A stretch of DNA of 64,000 bases from Candidatus Bathyarchaeia archaeon. Lineage in GTDB: Archaea > Thermoproteota > Bathyarchaeia > Bathyarchaeales > Bathycorpusculaceae. The position numbers and the translations under genes were made by a program. The DNA lies in assembly GCA_038882975.1 (NCBI GenBank), contig JAVZNE010000007.1:1-64000 (forward strand), read 5' to 3'. This document shows, piece after piece, positions 1 through 9,517 of this stretch. The first letter of the stretch is position 1. Each line of letters opens with the position of its first letter. The notes under the pieces are model-generated. The model saw only the letters and a list, made by a program, of their open reading frames with translations, did no database searches and was not told where the DNA came from.

Positions 1-2
1 GG

Positions 3-251
3 GAAAACATTTACCGCCAAGCAGACAACATATTCCTCTTCAACTTCACCAACGAACACGACCTAGAAACAGTCTCCCGCGCGGCACGAGTAGACGCGGA
101 AACAGTAAAATCCATAGCCATGGACCTACCGCCCCATCACTGCCTAGTGCTCGGCAAAATTGTAAAAGACTTCCCAATAGTCGTAAAGGTTAGAGCTTTA
201 GACATAAAAACTATGGGAGAAACCCGCCTATTCTTTAAGAACACGAGTTAA
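3..251 (+). CDS. C-terminal fragment of a HerA/DUF87-like P-loop ATPase (5' truncated by window edge)
   Basis: Open frame read manually: ENIYRQADNIFLFNFTNEHDLETV...DLPPHHCLVLGKIVKDFPIVVKVR...MGETRLFF*, resembling the tail of HerA/FtsK-family ATPases. Not in the ORF track. Confidence 0.6.
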   Translation, partial: ENIYRQADNIFLFNFTNEHDLETVSRAARVDAETVKSIAMDLPPHHCLVLGKIVKDFPIVVKVRALDIKTMGETRLFFKNTS

Positions 252-684
252 GCTTTTTAAGCCTTGGCATATTCCGTTGGAGAAATGCCCTCAAAGTCCT
301 TGTTAAATCGTATTTTTCAGCCTCAGCCAAAGGAACCCAGCGGAGTTCTGCGGCGTCGTCTGCCGCCCGCATTTCTCCGCCCTTAAGCCTCACAAAATAG
401 TCGATTATAACGAAGTGCCATTTTATTTCGCCGTTCTCATCCCGAACAATATTGTCAACAACGTCAATAAGCTCTGGATCAGCCACATCCAAGCCGGTCT
501 CTTCCTTAACCTCGCGGATAACCGCGTCTTCAGCCCTCTCGCCAAGCTCCACCAAACCGCCAGGAACACTCCACTTACCCCTACCAGGTTCGCCTTTACG
601 CTTCTCCAACAAAATTTTACCATCACAGATTATTATGGCGCCGACGCCGACAACGGGCTGATTCGGATAAAAGCGCCGAACCAC
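235..684 (-). CDS. Nudix hydrolase (ADP-ribose pyrophosphatase-like)
   Basis: Nudix box GGLVELGERAEDAVIREVKEETGL. Confidence 0.9.
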   Translation of the reverse strand: MVRRFYPNQPVVGVGAIIICDGKILLEKRKGEPGRGKWSVPGGLVELGERAEDAVIREVKEETGLDVADPELIDVVDNIVRDENGEIKWHFVIIDYFVRLKGGEMRAADDAAELRWVPLAEAEKYDLTRTLRAFLQRNMPRLKKLNSCS

Positions 685-729
685 CTAAAACCCTCTTAGG
701 CATTATTTCCATTCGCGTTTTAAACTTTC

Positions 730-2115
730 CTATGTAACAGGCGTGAAGGGATGCCAAACCCTTCTAGGCTCTTCACCTATAAGAGCCAAATCCTTATCTT
801 TTATAATAGCCACGCTGAGGGCGGCAGCAGTAGCCATAAGAGACATAATTCCAGTGCACTGTGTTATGTAGGCGAGGTTGACTGTCCGTGAGGAAATCTC
901 AAAACTGTAATGCACTGGAATACGTCCCAAGTATAGACCATCATAAACCACAAATGTCGTCAAGTTTCCTTTACCATATTTGAGAAAGCCATCATTGTCG
1001 TATTGCCCGTTAAGAATTATTATAGTTGGAACTTCCACACTTCCAATCTGTACTTTGCCATTAAAACTGAAGGAGCCCCCGCTGTTGGCTTTAGAAGCAT
1101 CGTAAAGCAGTCCGGCAGCATACAGCCTATTTAACATTACTCTTGTTTCACCTAGGGATATGCTGGCAAGCTGAGACCAAATGTTGTATAATGAAATGCC
1201 TATGCTATCAGTGTAAGCTGTTCCTTCATATGTGTATTGCATGATTACCCACTTTGCGTTATCTTGGCTTGCCAGCCCCGTCGAAGCATAAGCAGCTCCA
1301 AAAAGTAGGGCAGCTAAAAGCACTGCAACTATCGCTTTTGTGGTGCGCCCTAGACCGACTGGTTTGGCTGGTGTTGGCGTGAAAATCACGTATGATGGAA
1401 AGGCTGTTTGCCTTGCAAGTCTGAACTGGATGAGCCTTTCTTTGCTAGCAACTACTGGTAGGATTGCTATGCCGGCTATGAAGCCTCCTGCGTGGGCGAA
1501 GACGGCTGTGCTTCCACTTAACCTGAAGTAGCCGTAAATAACTTGGGTTGCAAACCAGAAGAGGAGGTAGTAGGCAGCTTTCAACCTGAAGAACATTGGG
1601 AAGTATAGGAAGAACCATCCCATAACCAGCGAAGTGCCAGGAAAAAGAATTAGATATGCGCCTAAAACTCCGCTTATGGCTCCCGAAGCGCCTATGGCTG
1701 GAATAACGTAGGCTGTTGCTCCGCCCAAGAAGCTGAAGGCTGTGTGAAATATGGATGCAACAACGCCAGAAAACATGTATAAGGCTAGGAAACGCCACTT
1801 GCCAAGGGCTTCTTCAACAGCTCTTCCAAAAATGTATAGGAAGTACATGTTGAAAAGTATGTGGAAGAGGTCTGCGTGCAAAAACATTGAAGAGAAAATC
1901 CTATACCATTGGGTTGGCATAGGCGTTAGCGCCGGAACAAAGCCCCCAGCGCTTACCCAATAGTCGCTTACTTCTAGGAAGAGGTTCTCGTAGGACGTTA
2001 TGGCGTATACGGCAATGTTAACTATTACTATGGCGAGGGTTGCTACCGGTCTCTTTCTAAACTGGGATAGGTCTCCCATTGGAATGCCTAAGCTTCTTTT
2101 TAAAGCGCCTGCCAA
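730..2115 (-). CDS. Rhomboid intramembrane serine protease with long C-terminal extension
   Basis: WYRIFSSMFLH, HILFNM, catalytic GASG and AHAGG motifs, then ~230 extra aa. Confidence 0.9.
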   Translation of the reverse strand: MAGALKRSLGIPMGDLSQFRKRPVATLAIVIVNIAVYAITSYENLFLEVSDYWVSAGGFVPALTPMPTQWYRIFSSMFLHADLFHILFNMYFLYIFGRAVEEALGKWRFLALYMFSGVVASIFHTAFSFLGGATAYVIPAIGASGAISGVLGAYLILFPGTSLVMGWFFLYFPMFFRLKAAYYLLFWFATQVIYGYFRLSGSTAVFAHAGGFIAGIAILPVVASKERLIQFRLARQTAFPSYVIFTPTPAKPVGLGRTTKAIVAVLLAALLFGAAYASTGLASQDNAKWVIMQYTYEGTAYTDSIGISLYNIWSQLASISLGETRVMLNRLYAAGLLYDASKANSGGSFSFNGKVQIGSVEVPTIIILNGQYDNDGFLKYGKGNLTTFVVYDGLYLGRIPVHYSFEISSRTVNLAYITQCTGIMSLMATAAALSVAIIKDKDLALIGEEPRRVWHPFTPVT

Positions 2116-2186
2116 TTCGCCGTTGCCTCTGCGCTAAAATATCCGCGTAAAGCCCTATATAATTTGTCTGCTGTGGCTGGTGCTTT

Positions 2187-3146
2187 TTACCTTGTTAGGT
2201 ATTTCCATGAGAGCATTATGCCTATTGTAGCGAGGACTGCTGTAAATATACTTAGGTATGTGAAATCCAAGATTAGGGCTGACGTGTCCATTGGCAGTAT
2301 GGTTAGGTTTCTAATGGCGTCTGTCAAGTATGTTAGCGGGTTTACGTTGGCTATAGCTTGCATCCAGTCTGGCATAAGCCTTGTTGGGAAGAAGGTGTTG
2401 CTGGCAAACATTAAAGGCATTGTTATTAGGCTTACAAACTGCATTGGACGTTCCATCCTCGTCGACCTTATGGAGAAAGCCAAGAAAACCGATGAAAGCC
2501 CCACACCAAGCAGAAATATTGCCGCGTAAACGCCTAAAATGTTGAGGATTGTGAAGGTGCCGCTTAACTGCAGTCCCAAAAGATATGCCAGCGCCAAAAT
2601 TACTGTGGCTTGGAACATTGCCCTAAAAGTAGCGTTGAAAATTTTTGCGAATATTATGGCTGCCCTCGAGACTGGAGTGCTGATCACTTTGTCCAGAAAG
2701 CCCAAGCGTCGGTCCCAAACTATTGACATGCCGCTAAACATTGTTGTGGTCATGACTATCATTGAAACCATGCCTACAGCCATAAAACTGAAGTAGTCTG
2801 CAACGCCGAAAGTGTCTTGCATTATTTGTGACCCCATGTTAGCGAACATCTGCGAAAGCACTGTGCCATTAAGAACCACGCCGCTGACTCCGGGCGGATA
2901 TAGAACAGCGTTGCCGGAAATTGGTATTTGTTGTGGTAGGTTTATGTTGTTGGCTGAAAAGAGTCCGCCTATATTCATTGATTTTCCCAATAAGCCCATC
3001 CATATGAGGGGTTGGAGCACAAACATTGTTAGCATGACTGGATCTTTGAGCCACTTTTTCAGTTCGCGGTAGGTTAAAGCCCACAATCCCCTCATAAGGC
3101 TTGGCTTGCACTCGTTGGCAACGTTTGGAGAAGCAACCCCGCTCAT
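2187..3146 (-). CDS. ABC-2 type exporter permease (DrrB-like)
   Basis: Multiple TM segments; DRRLGFLDKVISTPVSR and NPLTY motifs; overlaps the ATPase gene. Confidence 0.9.
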   Translation of the reverse strand: MSGVASPNVANECKPSLMRGLWALTYRELKKWLKDPVMLTMFVLQPLIWMGLLGKSMNIGGLFSANNINLPQQIPISGNAVLYPPGVSGVVLNGTVLSQMFANMGSQIMQDTFGVADYFSFMAVGMVSMIVMTTTMFSGMSIVWDRRLGFLDKVISTPVSRAAIIFAKIFNATFRAMFQATVILALAYLLGLQLSGTFTILNILGVYAAIFLLGVGLSSVFLAFSIRSTRMERPMQFVSLITMPLMFASNTFFPTRLMPDWMQAIANVNPLTYLTDAIRNLTILPMDTSALILDFTYLSIFTAVLATIGIMLSWKYLTR

Positions 3147-4147
3147 GTTTTCCTAGCCCTCCTCAAGTGCAGTCTTTGAGCCATAAACTCCATGCGGGAC
3201 TCCTCTGTGTCGCGCATGGCTCTACCAGTGTACTCCAAATAAACCTCGTTTAGGGTTGGCTCCGTAAGCGAAAGCCTCGTAACCGTGTAGCCCTTCTTCC
3301 TCAAAGCTTCAATTATTAGTGGGGCTGTTGCCTCTCCCTTTTCAGCCTTAATCCTATAAGCGCCGTTCTCGCTTCTAACTTCCTTAACATTTTCAACGCT
3401 TTTAATTATACCTGTTACGTCCGCGTTTTCTCTTATGGTTATGGTGATTATGTCTCCGCCTAAGCTGTCCTTAAGCTCGTTTGGCGAGCCGGTCACGATT
3501 ATTTTGCCGTGGTCTATTATGGCTATGCGGTCGCAGAGGGCGTCAGCCTCCTCCAAATAATGCGTAGTCATAAAAAGTGTCATGCCATACTCCTTCTTCA
3601 AACGCCTAATATAATCCCAAGTGGCAGCCCGCGTCTGCACATCCAAACCCAAAGTCGGCTCGTCCAAAAAGAGCACTTTAGGACGGTTAATAAGCCCGCA
3701 TGCAAGCTCAAGCCTTCGGCGCATCCCACCCGAGTAGGTTTCAACCCTCTTATCCTTAAACTCCGTGAGTTCCACGAGTTCCAGCAGTTCCAAGGCACGT
3801 TTTTTGGCAACGTCGCGGGGAATTCCATATAAATCTGCACAGAGCATCACGTTCTCGTAGCCAGTCAAATCCTCGTCTGCAGTGTACTCTTGGGGCACAA
3901 CGCCAATCACCTTTCGAACCTCGTTGGCTTGTTTAACAACGTCATAGCCCAGCACCGAGGCAGTGCCCTCTGTCGGCTTCAGCACGGTTATCAGCATATT
4001 TATCGTTGTTGTTTTTCCAGCCCCGTTTGGACCCAAAAAGCCGAAAATTTCGCCGTCGCGGACGCTGAAGTTTATGTGGTCCACAGCCACTAGACTCTTG
4101 TTAAAAATTTTCGTCAAGTTTTCAGCCCTAATCACTTCTTCTGTCAA
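3143..4147 (-). CDS. ABC exporter ATP-binding subunit (DrrA-like)
   Basis: Walker A GPNGAGKTT, signature YSGGMRRR, Walker B LFLDEPT. Confidence 0.95.
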   Translation of the reverse strand: MTEEVIRAENLTKIFNKSLVAVDHINFSVRDGEIFGFLGPNGAGKTTTINMLITVLKPTEGTASVLGYDVVKQANEVRKVIGVVPQEYTADEDLTGYENVMLCADLYGIPRDVAKKRALELLELVELTEFKDKRVETYSGGMRRRLELACGLINRPKVLFLDEPTLGLDVQTRAATWDYIRRLKKEYGMTLFMTTHYLEEADALCDRIAIIDHGKIIVTGSPNELKDSLGGDIITITIRENADVTGIIKSVENVKEVRSENGAYRIKAEKGEATAPLIIEALRKKGYTVTRLSLTEPTLNEVYLEYTGRAMRDTEESRMEFMAQRLHLRRARKT

Positions 4148-4722
4148 GCCTTTTCGCCTCGCAGTTTCTTTTCTATACCCTCAAGCCTCTGAGCGGTTTC
4201 ATTCAAAACTTGCAAGGTTTCTTTTAAGGCTTGTTCTGAGAAACGTTCTTCCAATGTTAAGCCTAGGCTGAGGAAAGCTTTGAATAAACGCCTAAAGGCT
4301 TCCCGAACCTCCTCTGTTTGCTCCATTGGAAGGCGGAGCAGAAAGGAGCCAATAAGCGGTGGAACAAACAACTTGCGCCCCATACGGAAGTGACCGCGCA
4401 TTTTACGCTGTTCCTCAAGAAGTTGCTTACCCTTATCAGTAAGCGTATAACGCTTTACCCCAGCTTCTTCTGTTGGCACTTCGCGGATGTAGCCATTATC
4501 CTGAAGCCAAGCCAAAAGGGGATAAACAGAGCCGGGGCTTGGCTTCCAGCAGCCATTGGTTCGCTTCTCAATCTCGTTCATAATTTCAGAGCCAGACATG
4601 GGCTTCTCGTTCAAAAGCTCAAGCACTTGGTAGCGCAGAAAGCCCTTTGGCACGGCAGCCATATGCCTCAACCAGTGCCGGAAAGGCGGAAGAGGAGGCG
4701 GAAAGTTTGCATCATCGAACAT
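4144..4722 (-). CDS. PadR-family transcriptional regulator
   Basis: WKPSPGSVYPLL and YTLTDKG motifs; first gene of the exporter operon. Confidence 0.9.
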   Translation of the reverse strand: MFDDANFPPPLPPFRHWLRHMAAVPKGFLRYQVLELLNEKPMSGSEIMNEIEKRTNGCWKPSPGSVYPLLAWLQDNGYIREVPTEEAGVKRYTLTDKGKQLLEEQRKMRGHFRMGRKLFVPPLIGSFLLRLPMEQTEEVREAFRRLFKAFLSLGLTLEERFSEQALKETLQVLNETAQRLEGIEKKLRGEKA

Positions 4723-4809
4723 TATTTATCACCATTGATATCAAATTCGATAAAAAACATACAATCCAGTATTTAAGGATTATGCCACTTGAAAAATCCT
4801 TCAACCCAT

Positions 4810-5484
4810 TTACTCTATTAACGTTCCAACCGGTTTTCCTTCAACTGCCAGCAATAGGTTTTCTGGCTTAAACCCGTTTAGGACACGGACTCTTATGCGC
4901 CTAACTTTTAGGATTTTTATGGCTTCTGGGTCTAGGATTTGATGGATTCCAGCCTTGTGCTTATCTTCGGCTAAAACTTTTGGTAGTTCTTCAAAGCCTA
5001 CCCTATTAAGTTTTACAGCGTCTGGATGCCTCCTCGGGTCTTTTGTGTATACGCCTTCCTGATCTGTGGCTTTAATGAGCATATCCGCCTTTATGCTTTC
5101 AGCCACCAAAGCAGCGACGGTGTCGGTTGTCATACCCGGTTTTAAGCCGCCTAAAACTGCGATTTTCCCATTTTCTAGGCATTGGACAGCCTCTTCCACG
5201 CTTGTTGGGATTTTTTCGCATGCCAGTCCGCCCAGCATTTTGGTGAAAAGTTGGGCGTAAAGCCTTGAAACACTGATCGCCAAATCATCCTGATCTTTTT
5301 CCGCCAAGCTAAGTTCTTTGGCTATTTTTATGAACTCTCTTGCTAGGGCTCCTCCGCCCACAACAACTGCCAGCATATGTCCTTCAGCCTTCAGCCTCTT
5401 CAGAATCTTGGCGTATTCGCTTATCAGTTGGGTGTTTACTGGCGTGGCAACAACAGAGCCGCCAAGTCGGATTACTATTCGCAT
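4810..5484 (-). CDS. pyrH: UMP kinase (archaeal type)
   Basis: IRLGGS, VVVGGG, PGMTTDTVAA, GVYTKDP motifs. Confidence 0.9.
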   Translation of the reverse strand: MRIVIRLGGSVVATPVNTQLISEYAKILKRLKAEGHMLAVVVGGGALAREFIKIAKELSLAEKDQDDLAISVSRLYAQLFTKMLGGLACEKIPTSVEEAVQCLENGKIAVLGGLKPGMTTDTVAALVAESIKADMLIKATDQEGVYTKDPRRHPDAVKLNRVGFEELPKVLAEDKHKAGIHQILDPEAIKILKVRRIRVRVLNGFKPENLLLAVEGKPVGTLIE

Positions 5485-5526
5485 CGTGTTCAGCTTTCCT
5501 TTAAATAAGGAGAAAGCACTTAAACC

Positions 5527-6357
5527 TTAAAAGAATTTGTCCAATCCATATTTTGGTTTGGCGGTTTGCACCTCTATTTTTTCGCCGAAGATTAGGCGCA
5601 TGCCGTCTGTGGCTGCCACCGTTGGCGTTCCAGTCTCCTCCTCAATTATCTTTGCTTCGCGGGCTGGTCCCTGGAATATCATTTGCATTCCAAGATGCGT
5701 CAAAACGGCTTGTTCTGGGCGGGCTTCTTCAACGATTTTTATGGCGTCTTCTGTTGTCATGTGTCCCTTCCAAGGCTTGCCGGCTGGTCGCATAACACAA
5801 AGCATTAGAAGCCTCACACCTCTGTAGTATTTGCCTATTCCCTCAAAGTATTCTGTATCGCTTGTGTAGGCGAAATCTCCAAACTCTTTTGTCTCGAAGC
5901 GGAAGCCAACGGCGTCTGGGTCTGTGTGCCGCGCCTCAGCAGCCGAAACCATCACTTCTGCCACTTGAAAACGCGTGTTCGGAACAGCTTCAATTACTTG
6001 CTCAAGCATTTGTTGGTGATACTTCGAAATTGATGGTTCACAAACGTCGCTTCCCTTCAGAACGCTTTTTGACGCTGCGAGAACTCCACGCTTTTTCGTC
6101 ATGCCCCTAGTCATGGCTTCAATCATAACTTCAGCGTCGGTGTAGTGGTCTGGGTGGCAGTGGGAAACGAAGATGGCGTTTAGCTTCTGCGGGTCTAAGC
6201 CTTCACTTATGGAGTAGACAAGCGCTCCGGGTCCGGGGTCCAAATGCAGGTTTAGGTTTTCGCCAAGTACGCGTATTCCAGCTGTTCGCCTCTTCTGGGT
6301 TATTGTTGTAAATCTTCCACCGCCTGTCCCGAGAAATATTATTTCGTATTGAGCCAT
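5527..6357 (-). CDS. Metallo-beta-lactamase-fold hydrolase
   Basis: FLGTGGG, DPGPG, SHCHPDH motif, YTSDT. Confidence 0.85.
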   Translation of the reverse strand: MAQYEIIFLGTGGGRFTTITQKRRTAGIRVLGENLNLHLDPGPGALVYSISEGLDPQKLNAIFVSHCHPDHYTDAEVMIEAMTRGMTKKRGVLAASKSVLKGSDVCEPSISKYHQQMLEQVIEAVPNTRFQVAEVMVSAAEARHTDPDAVGFRFETKEFGDFAYTSDTEYFEGIGKYYRGVRLLMLCVMRPAGKPWKGHMTTEDAIKIVEEARPEQAVLTHLGMQMIFQGPAREAKIIEEETGTPTVAATDGMRLIFGEKIEVQTAKPKYGLDKFF

Positions 6358-6442
6358 GCATAAGCCTATATTTTTCTCGAAATTTTTGCTTTACCCTCAC
6401 TTAATGTGTGCGATTTTGGAGGGAAAACGCTTTTAACCTAGG

Positions 6443-7459
6443 TTGAAATATGCGAGAAGAGGCTTGAATGCCTTGTTCGAGGGGTTGGGGCTTATTGGTA
6501 ATTCGCTCATTCTATTAGCCTCTCTTGTGGTTCTCGACAAGGCAAGCGACTGGGCAATAACAAACAGTGTTAAAATTGCCGATATAACTGGTTTTGGGAA
6601 GACAACGATAGGTTTTATACTTGTGGCTTTTTCCACATCATTGCCAGAGCTTTGTGTCTCCATATTCGCGGCTATAGGCGGCGAAAGCATAGGCGTCGCA
6701 ATAGGAAATGTTCTTGGTTCAAATATTGTGAATATTTGCCTAATACTGGGCGTATGCTTCCTCATATTGGCGCTGAAAAGCTCAGAAGCTGTAAAACTGG
6801 CACCAGCCATGGCTAAGGAGGAAGTTGGAACCCTATATTTTGGGCTTTTTGTGGCTTCTGTTGTCCCTTTGACGCTTCTCTACATTGGATTTGCAAGCAG
6901 AGTTATAGGCGTAATCCTCCTTGCAATCTTCATATTCTATGTTTACCAACTTTCGAAGGTTAGGAAGATAAGGGATGAAGGCTCCCTCGGAGAGGAAAGA
7001 CGGAAACTTCCGACGTACACGTTTTTTGCGCTTTTAGGCGTAGCTTTGGTTGTCGCCAGCGCATATTTTATAGTTGATTCTGCAACCTTTATTGCTAGGA
7101 GCCTTAAAATCCCAGAAGTTGTCATAGGCGCCACTATTGTGGCCTTTGGAACAAGTCTTCCAGAATTGGCGACAAGCGTTGACGCGGTTCAGAAGGGGCA
7201 TATAGACTTGGCTTTGGGCAATATTGTTGGAAGCTGCTTCATAAACATTACATGTATTTTAGGCGTCGCTTTGGTGGGTGCAAGTTTGCCGCAGGAAATG
7301 GCGGCTTTCTCCCACCTTGTCATGTTCTCGCTTATAACAAACCTTTTGTTGTGGTATTTCCTCTCCAGCGAGCGCATAGGCTGGAGGGAGGGTGCCATAC
7401 TCCTCATAATGTACGCCATATTCCTAATAACAAGCTTCGGCGGAGGCTACAGAACATAA
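6443..7459 (+). CDS. Ca2+/cation (Na+/Ca2+) antiporter, CaCA family
   Basis: Two alpha repeats: TSLPE...GSNIVN and GTSLPE...GSCFIN. True start may be slightly downstream. Confidence 0.9.
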   Translation: MKYARRGLNALFEGLGLIGNSLILLASLVVLDKASDWAITNSVKIADITGFGKTTIGFILVAFSTSLPELCVSIFAAIGGESIGVAIGNVLGSNIVNICLILGVCFLILALKSSEAVKLAPAMAKEEVGTLYFGLFVASVVPLTLLYIGFASRVIGVILLAIFIFYVYQLSKVRKIRDEGSLGEERRKLPTYTFFALLGVALVVASAYFIVDSATFIARSLKIPEVVIGATIVAFGTSLPELATSVDAVQKGHIDLALGNIVGSCFINITCILGVALVGASLPQEMAAFSHLVMFSLITNLLLWYFLSSERIGWREGAILLIMYAIFLITSFGGGYRT

Positions 7460-7512
7460 AGGGCGAAACAGCCTTTAAATAAGAGGTTATAAACCGTCTA
7501 AAGCGGAAAACA

Positions 7513-8508
7513 ATGAAAAAAGCCAAGGTTAAGGCTCTGGCGCTTTTTTCAGGAGGTTTGGACAGCAGCCTAGCCATAAGGCTTATGCAAGAGCAAGGCA
7601 TCGAAGTGGAAGCCATAACCTTCTTAACACCTTTCTACACGGCGAAAGAGGGCGGCTTCAGCCTTCAAAGGGCTGCTGAGCGGTTAGGCGTGCCCCTAAA
7701 GGTTGTGCGTTTAGGCTTGGACTATTTGCGGATAATCCGCAAGCCCAAGTTTGGTTATGGGCGGCACATGAACCCATGCATAGACTGCCGCATATTCATG
7801 CTGAAAAGGGCTAAAAAGTACGCTAGAGAAATTGGCGCCGACTTCATAGTCACTGGAGAAGTTTTGGACGAGCGCCCCATGTCCCAGCACATGAAAGCCC
7901 TAAAAATTGTAGAGGAAGAATCCAGCTTGAAGGGTAGGCTTCTGCGCCCACTATCAGCCAAACTTCTGCCGCCAACAATAGCTGAAAAATGTGGGCTTGT
8001 GGACAGAAGCAAACTATTAGATATTCGCGGCAGATCTCGCAAGAGACAACTAGCCCTAGCAAAGGCTTACGGCATAACAGAATACCAGTCCCCAGCCGGC
8101 GGATGCCTCCTAACCTACAAAGAGTTTTCGGCTAAACTCCGCGATTTGCTCCAGCACAAAAAGAGAATTTCAATGGCAGATTTGGAGTTGCTGAAGGTTG
8201 GACGCCACTTTAGAATCGGCAAAAACAAGATAATCGTTGGAAGAAACAAGGAGGAAAACGAGAAGCTCTTGAAGCTTAAAGGCAAAAACGACTACTTTTT
8301 CGAGGCTGTGGGTTGCGGAAGCCCCACAACGCTTCTGCAAGGACCAAAAACAAGGCAAGCCATAGAAAAAGCCGCCCAACTAACAGCCTACTACTCAGAC
8401 CAGAAAACAGGCAAAGTCCACGTGAGATACGGCAGAACAAAACCAGAAAAAGGCATAATGGTGAAAAGACCAAACAAGGAAGAAGTGGAAAAAATGCGAA
8501 TAAAATAA
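7513..8508 (+). CDS. ThiI/MnmA-like PP-loop tRNA sulfurtransferase-family protein with C-terminal DUF814-like region
   Basis: SGGLDSS PP-loop, NPCIDC, TGEVL, PAGGCLLT, GRHFR motifs. Confidence 0.8.
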   Translation: MKKAKVKALALFSGGLDSSLAIRLMQEQGIEVEAITFLTPFYTAKEGGFSLQRAAERLGVPLKVVRLGLDYLRIIRKPKFGYGRHMNPCIDCRIFMLKRAKKYAREIGADFIVTGEVLDERPMSQHMKALKIVEEESSLKGRLLRPLSAKLLPPTIAEKCGLVDRSKLLDIRGRSRKRQLALAKAYGITEYQSPAGGCLLTYKEFSAKLRDLLQHKKRISMADLELLKVGRHFRIGKNKIIVGRNKEENEKLLKLKGKNDYFFEAVGCGSPTTLLQGPKTRQAIEKAAQLTAYYSDQKTGKVHVRYGRTKPEKGIMVKRPNKEEVEKMRIK

Positions 8509-8510
8509 CA

Positions 8511-8611
8511 CCTCTAAAAATCTAGAGGGGGCTAGGCGGCTATTGGCTTTTTCCACAACAAAAATTGCTGAAAAATTCCATAGAGGAATATCCAATTTAT
8601 AATTTTTCAGC
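8511..8611. repeat. Left boundary element: AAAAATCTAGAGGGGG motif plus 11-bp inverted repeat
   Basis: CCTCTA/TAGAGG hairpin at 8511-8528; GCTGAAAAATT (8567-8577) and AATTTTTCAGC (8601-8611). Confidence 0.6.
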
Positions 8612-8679
8612 CTTTAAATTTGACCTTGACAAGGGCGAAAAATAAGCCTGTAAGGACTTCAATTTTCGGAGGGTTGATT

Positions 8680-9027
8680 CTAGGCTAAAACCGGCTTTCT
8701 AGCTTCAGTTTTTTCCATAGTCTCTTTCGCCAGCTTTGTTTCGTATTCCCTCAACATTTTAACTAATGGGTGCTCAACGTTAATCTTGTAAAGCTTGGCT
8801 TTCCCAATCTTTCTGGAAACCTTAACTATGCCAAACTCTTCCAACTCCGGAAAATACCTGTAAAAAGTTTGCTTACTCATTCCCAAGGCCTCTATAACCT
8901 CTTTTTTAGTGAAATCAAACAATGGATTATCCAGAAAGAAGTCCACTATTCTAAGTTTAGGCGAATCTCCCAAAGTCTTGATAAGAACCGATTCACAAGC
9001 CTTTTCTGTATAAAGCCTTTTACCCAT
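8680..9027 (-). CDS. Small winged-helix (ArsR-like) DNA-binding protein
   Basis: LGDSPKLRIVDFF...MSKQTFYRYFPELEEFGIV...RKIGKAKLY. ATG at 9027 preferred over 9105 because the extension covers the promoter region. Confidence 0.75.
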   Translation of the reverse strand: MGKRLYTEKACESVLIKTLGDSPKLRIVDFFLDNPLFDFTKKEVIEALGMSKQTFYRYFPELEEFGIVKVSRKIGKAKLYKINVEHPLVKMLREYETKLAKETMEKTEARKPVLA

Positions 9028-9126
9028 TTTTCTCAACCTTAGCGTAACTTGTACATTCACCGTAAATTTACCATAAAGTAAAGTATTTATATCTTTTCCT
9101 TTCAACGGTATAAAAAGTGAACTTTA

Positions 9127-9402
9127 ATGAGCCATGAGCTCTCTAATGAAGAAATCAAGGCGGACATAATGAACAGGCTTTTAAGAAGAAATTGTTGGGG
9201 CGCTAAGTATTTGCCAGTGGACACGCTTGTAAATTGGTTGGCAATGAAAATTAAACCAGATGGCAAAAGAGTTAGAATGTTGATAAAGCAACTCGTCAAT
9301 GAAGGCTTCCTAATTCTTCACAAAAAAGGAGAAACCGTTTCCCTAAATTCTGCAAAAAGTGAGGAAATAATTGAATACATTAAAAAGTTTCTGAAATTTT
9401 AG
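9127..9402 (+). CDS. Small basic hypothetical protein, probably winged-helix-like
   Basis: 91 aa; IKQLVNEGFLILHKKGETVSLN resembles a recognition helix plus wing; divergent from the 9027 gene. Confidence 0.65.
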   Translation: MSHELSNEEIKADIMNRLLRRNCWGAKYLPVDTLVNWLAMKIKPDGKRVRMLIKQLVNEGFLILHKKGETVSLNSAKSEEIIEYIKKFLKF

Positions 9403-9457
9403 GCGTCTTGTAAACAAGACCCAGAATTTTATAGAGATACTTTTTGTGCCTGGCTTC

Positions 9458-9513
9458 AAAAATTCTAGAGGGGGACTATCAATTTTGCAGTTCGTCGCCA
9501 ACAGCAAAATTGA
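9458..9513. repeat. Right boundary element: AAAAATTCTAGAGGGGG motif plus 10-bp inverted repeat
   Basis: Degenerate direct repeat of the 8516 element; TCAATTTTGC (9479-9488) and GCAAAATTGA (9504-9513). Confidence 0.6.
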
Positions 9514-9517
9514 CATT

